Source: the human T2T-CHM13v2.0 reference genome, Homo sapiens. From it: a DNA stretch of 64,000 nucleotides. The notes below the pieces were generated by a model. It did not search any database, was not told where the DNA came from, and worked only from the letters and a program-made list of their open reading frames with translations. Shown in pieces: positions 59,784 through 64,000 of the stretch. Each line of letters opens with the position of its first letter. The stretch's first letter is position 1. The stretch lies in NCBI RefSeq assembly GCF_009914755.1, contig NC_060926.1. The stretch is one strand, 5' to 3'. The translations under genes were made by a program, and so were the position numbers.

Positions 59784-62700
59784 TCTAGACTTTGGTCAGC
59801 TATGATTTCATGAGTGAACGAGACTATTGCATGAATCAGTCCTGTACTTGGAAATCTTTTCCTCCCATCTGTTTTGAGATGTGTTGCCAGATCTGTGCTT
59901 ACCCATTGAATTTTTATTTTCAATGGGCAAGCACAGATAGAATTGCATAAAGAGTCCTAGTAATCCATCATAGATATGAGAATTTTTGCTGCACCTCTAT
60001 GTGGTTTTTTTTTCATGGTGGATTGAGGGAATTTGGTAAGCATGTGTTAATGTTCCAGTTCCATGGGCTGTCAGAATGATAAACTTTTGAGTGTCTCTCT
60101 GGTGAGAGTGATCATCTAACCAAATCCCTCTTCTGTTATTGCACTGTGTGTCTAAGGTGTTGTATTTATGTTGCCACCAGCTACCCATTATCACTCCATT
60201 CTTTCTGGGCTTATATGGTTGAAGGAGAATGGTCCTGTATCACAGTTTCTTTGAGCCCTTTCTCCATCCCTGGCCAAAAGCAATCTTAAGTTATTTGCCA
60301 CTGCTGGTTAGTGGTTGTCCTCACTCACCTCACTTCTGTCCCCATTATATGCCTTTAAGTTGTGCAACTTGGCCACCAAGGCCTCTTGACTAGTCTGGGA
60401 TGACAGTGCTATTGGCCATTAAGGAACCTTGGATGTGGAGAATCTTTATATATCTCTTCCCATAATGTGAGGGTAACTTTTTTTTTTTTCCTCCTGCAGG
60501 GACCCCACATGGGAAGAACTAATTATTGGTGGTGATCTCAACAGGGCCACTGCTCTGGTGGCTTTTGTGAGGCATTTCCCATCGTGACTTTGTGGGCTTG
60601 ATGGAGCTCCTGAAGTTATCCTTTTTGACATCTGTCTTCTCTTTGAAATTTCCATCTCTGCATTAGTTTATGCTAAGTTCTGAATAAATTCCTCATCATT
60701 GCCTGATTTTAATTCTCAAAACTATATATTTTGTTTCTAGGATTTACAATTTATTTGTTTTCATATTCTTCTCTTCTAAACTTGATTTATAGCTACCAAT
60801 TCTAATTTCTTTACCTTTTTTTAAGTGTACGCTACTTTTCTTTTTTAAGAAGCATGTTACATATACTAATAATTTCAAAGTCCTTTTCATATTGCTCTAT
60901 CATTTCTGCTTTCTTGAGACAAAATTATCTAATTCTCTGATATTTCATATGCTTTGAAAATTTAATTTCAAAATCATCTTGAATGCAGGTTTATTGTTTT
61001 TGTTGCTTTGTTTTTGCTTTCCCCAACTTCCACTTCTTTCCCATAGTTTGGCAGATAATTCACTCGCCAGCCCCAATTTGACACCAGGTATCATATTAGT
61101 AATGCATGCCTCATCCTGCCAAGCTTTTACAGGCCCCTTTTCTTAGCCAGTTTGGCTCAGCCTTGTTCTTGGTTTGGAGTTGTCTCTGTTCTTTCTTGTG
61201 ACTCTGGCAAGCAGCTCCAGACAGTGGCCACGGTATTTTTAAACTTTTTTTTTTTTTTTTTTTGGAGAAGAGGTGCTATATGAGCCCCCTTTTTTAAATG
61301 GAAAGACAGATTTCAGTCCCCTGTCTTGAATGGGGTGTTTTCAGTCCTTATTTCTGTACCAGAATTTAATTTCCAGCTGACACATCTTGTTTCTGATCCT
61401 AGACCACATAGGACATTTGACCTTAGCCGTCACTCCCTGTTAAATGTTTTGCAGTCATAACATCTTTAACTACTTTTATGTGGGTGGCCTTTTGAAAATT
61501 TGTATTTTATCTATCACTGTTATATATTTGCAGTTGGAATGGCAGAGAAGGGGATTTCACATGAACTTGTTTCACTGTCCTGAACAAAAGTGCTTAAATT
61601 ACTACTGTAAAAATGTAACTTCTTGGTGTTGTGGAGGTTTACTGAAAGAGGAGAAGGATTAGTGTTAGGAGACCAGCCAGGGTTACATCAATATAATCAG
61701 GGTTAAGAAGAGGAGATGGGTTTAACAGACTAGGTAGCTGGCAGAGCCCTTATCATAGTAAAGGAGTATAGGATGAGCTAGCAGGATAGAAGTAGGATGA
61801 AATATTTTACCAAGTTTTGAATGTGGTGAGATTGAGAATATTTTTGTGACAGCCAGTTGAAGATGGTAAGCACTGGGGAGTGAAATAAATAGCAGCTATA
61901 CAGCTATATCTTAGCATCACTGGTGTATGGGTAGTTGTTGAAACTATAGGTGTGAATGAAATTAGGAAGAGTAACTAGAGAGCAGGAAAAAGGGGGCTGA
62001 TAATGGAACTTGGGGACCATCATCATTTATACGGGATAAGGAAAAGGAGAGAAACCAGCAAACCAGAATGAAGAGGAGGCATTAGAGAGGAAGCAGAAAG
62101 ACCAAAGGAGAAGGATGAAACAAATTCATTCAGTGAGACACTTCCCAGATGAGAGAATTGTGAGGGTGTCGGGCTGCAGGGAGTCAAATAAGAGAAGGGC
62201 TGCGTAGTGTCCCTTTAGTGTCCCTTGGAGTTGGTTATTGAAGTAGAAGCCTGCTTATACGGGATTAGAGATGAAGGGAAGAGAGGGGCGGACCATAGTT
62301 GAGAAGCAATTAGGGAGGAGAGGTATTTGTATTTTGCCTTCAATTTTTGTTATGCTTTTTAGGAAATTGAGGAATACATTTGGGTACAGAATTTTGTAAA
62401 GTCTTATCTAATTTTCAATTTTGTTGCACTGATTTGGTGTCTCAAGTTATTTTTCCATGAACTGGCCTGATTTTCACTTTTTACAGCATTTTATGAGTCT
62501 ACTGTTTTATTTTACTTTGCCATGTAACTTAAACATAGTTTGTTCTTAAGATTATCCTAAACCATTTTTAAAGCTCAGTATCTAGAATAGTAATTATTAA
62601 GTGGCCAACCAAGGTGGTGTGAAAGGAAATCACTAGCAATATTACATATTTCTTCTTCATTTTATTATTTATTCTTATCCTCTCAGGGCAGACTTTTTTT

Positions 62701-64000
62701 AAAGTCACAAACCCAATAAGTCTTTCAGAGGCTAAACAGGTTCTCCCTGATGCCCAGCAGGTGCTTTAAGAAGGGTCTCATGTTACCTGGTAAATTATAC
62801 AACCATTTTTAAATGCTGTGAAGTTTTGCAGTTAATTAAGTAGTATCATTTTATAATGGATTATACAGATTAATTTATTTTTTCAAATTGGCACAATTTG
62901 GCATTGTGACAATAATGCACTTAGTGTTCTAAAACTGGTAATGCATCTCCTTAAACACTTATTTCCAAGGGCAGGGATAGCCATAGACATAGGTGGTGGC
63001 TTACAGGCTATGTTAATAAGGAGCCCCACGGTTCCTGCTTAACTAAAAATAGTACCCCCAGTGACTTGCTTGTTTTTCTCAACCTAAGCTAAAATTTTAC
63101 TATGAGTGTTCCTTGACAGATTAATAACACATCTAGTTCTAGTTGTTTCTGATAAGAGATTTTAAGCCTATATTTTAAATAACTTAACAAAAATCACATA
63201 GCTAGTGGTAGAACTGGGATTCAAACCTTGTCAATCTGGCTCTGTCTTATATTCTTAACAGTATAGGATGTTGTCTTTAGCTGTGTTCATTAACTAAAGA
63301 TAAAAGTGGGAGCATGTTCTCTGCTTCCTATCCCTTCAATATCTTTCTCTTCTCTCTGGTATTCTTTTCTAGTATCCTTCTTCATTTTCTCTTTCTTCTT
63401 TATACATTTGTAAAGTAGAGAAAGATAGCATATAAATATTCAGTAAAATTTTTATAGAAGAGTTTTCTGAACAAAAATGAAGCTAAAGTACAACAGTGCA
63501 ATCAGTATTTAGCCCTGAGGAAGTTAATACAGAGTAAAAGAGTTTTTTTTTTTAACTCAGAAATGAAAACCCAGTAAGATTGGCTTTATATAGCATACTC
63601 AGAATGAAGATAGAAACAGCAACTTCTTTATAGGAAAAGATGGTTAAAGACAAAAGGACAAACAGCCAGAGAAAAGTCACAATGTGAGGAAAGAAACTTT
63701 TAAAAGACAGAAAAAAGGTTGAGTATAGATTGAATGCTCTATGTCCTATGACAGTTAAATATCTGAAAGTATAACCATTCATGAAGATTTTATAAATGCC
63801 AATTTTTCCTTAGAGTTGCCAACAAAAAGAGGCAGACAGCACCAGTGTAGCATGCTTTACTATTTTATTTAAAGTTAATACTTAAGACATGATTATCAGG
63901 AAGTATATGGCTTTTTAGACCTTAAGATGAAAATCTGTTTTTTAATTTTTTTATACCTTTCAAAGTGTTATATATAGCCAGACCCGTGGAACTACATTGT

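Noticed and set aside
59300-60660. Possible ancient ERVL/LINE coding remnant on the minus strand
   Set aside because: Resemblance is too weak to assign by eye; needs a Dfam search

Overview
Primate (almost certainly human) intron-rich genomic DNA, not prokaryotic. The + strand carries five consecutive exons of the mismatch-repair gene PMS1 (MutL family). These run from the ATG-containing exon 2 to exon 6 and encode residues 1-233, the GHKL ATPase region; exon 1 and the later exons lie outside the window. Intron 5 holds a sense-oriented processed pseudogene of GNPNAT1 with a 16-bp target-site duplication (TSD). Its 3' UTR contains a nested L1 carrying a 3' transduction and a perfect 107-bp tandem duplication. 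The rest is ~30 Alus plus L1/L2 pieces, solo LTRs and MER/Tigger DNA transposons; repeat names are by-eye calls with approximate boundaries. Main hypotheses: (1) a back-spliced exon 2-4 circle is 438 nt, stop-free and in frame (rolling-circle ORF), and is bracketed by inverted Alus; (2) a splice acceptor inside the retrocopy TSD would join PMS1 exon 5 in frame to the GNPNAT1 retrocopy ORF; (3) a 45-bp-arm hairpin that I cannot assign to any repeat family.
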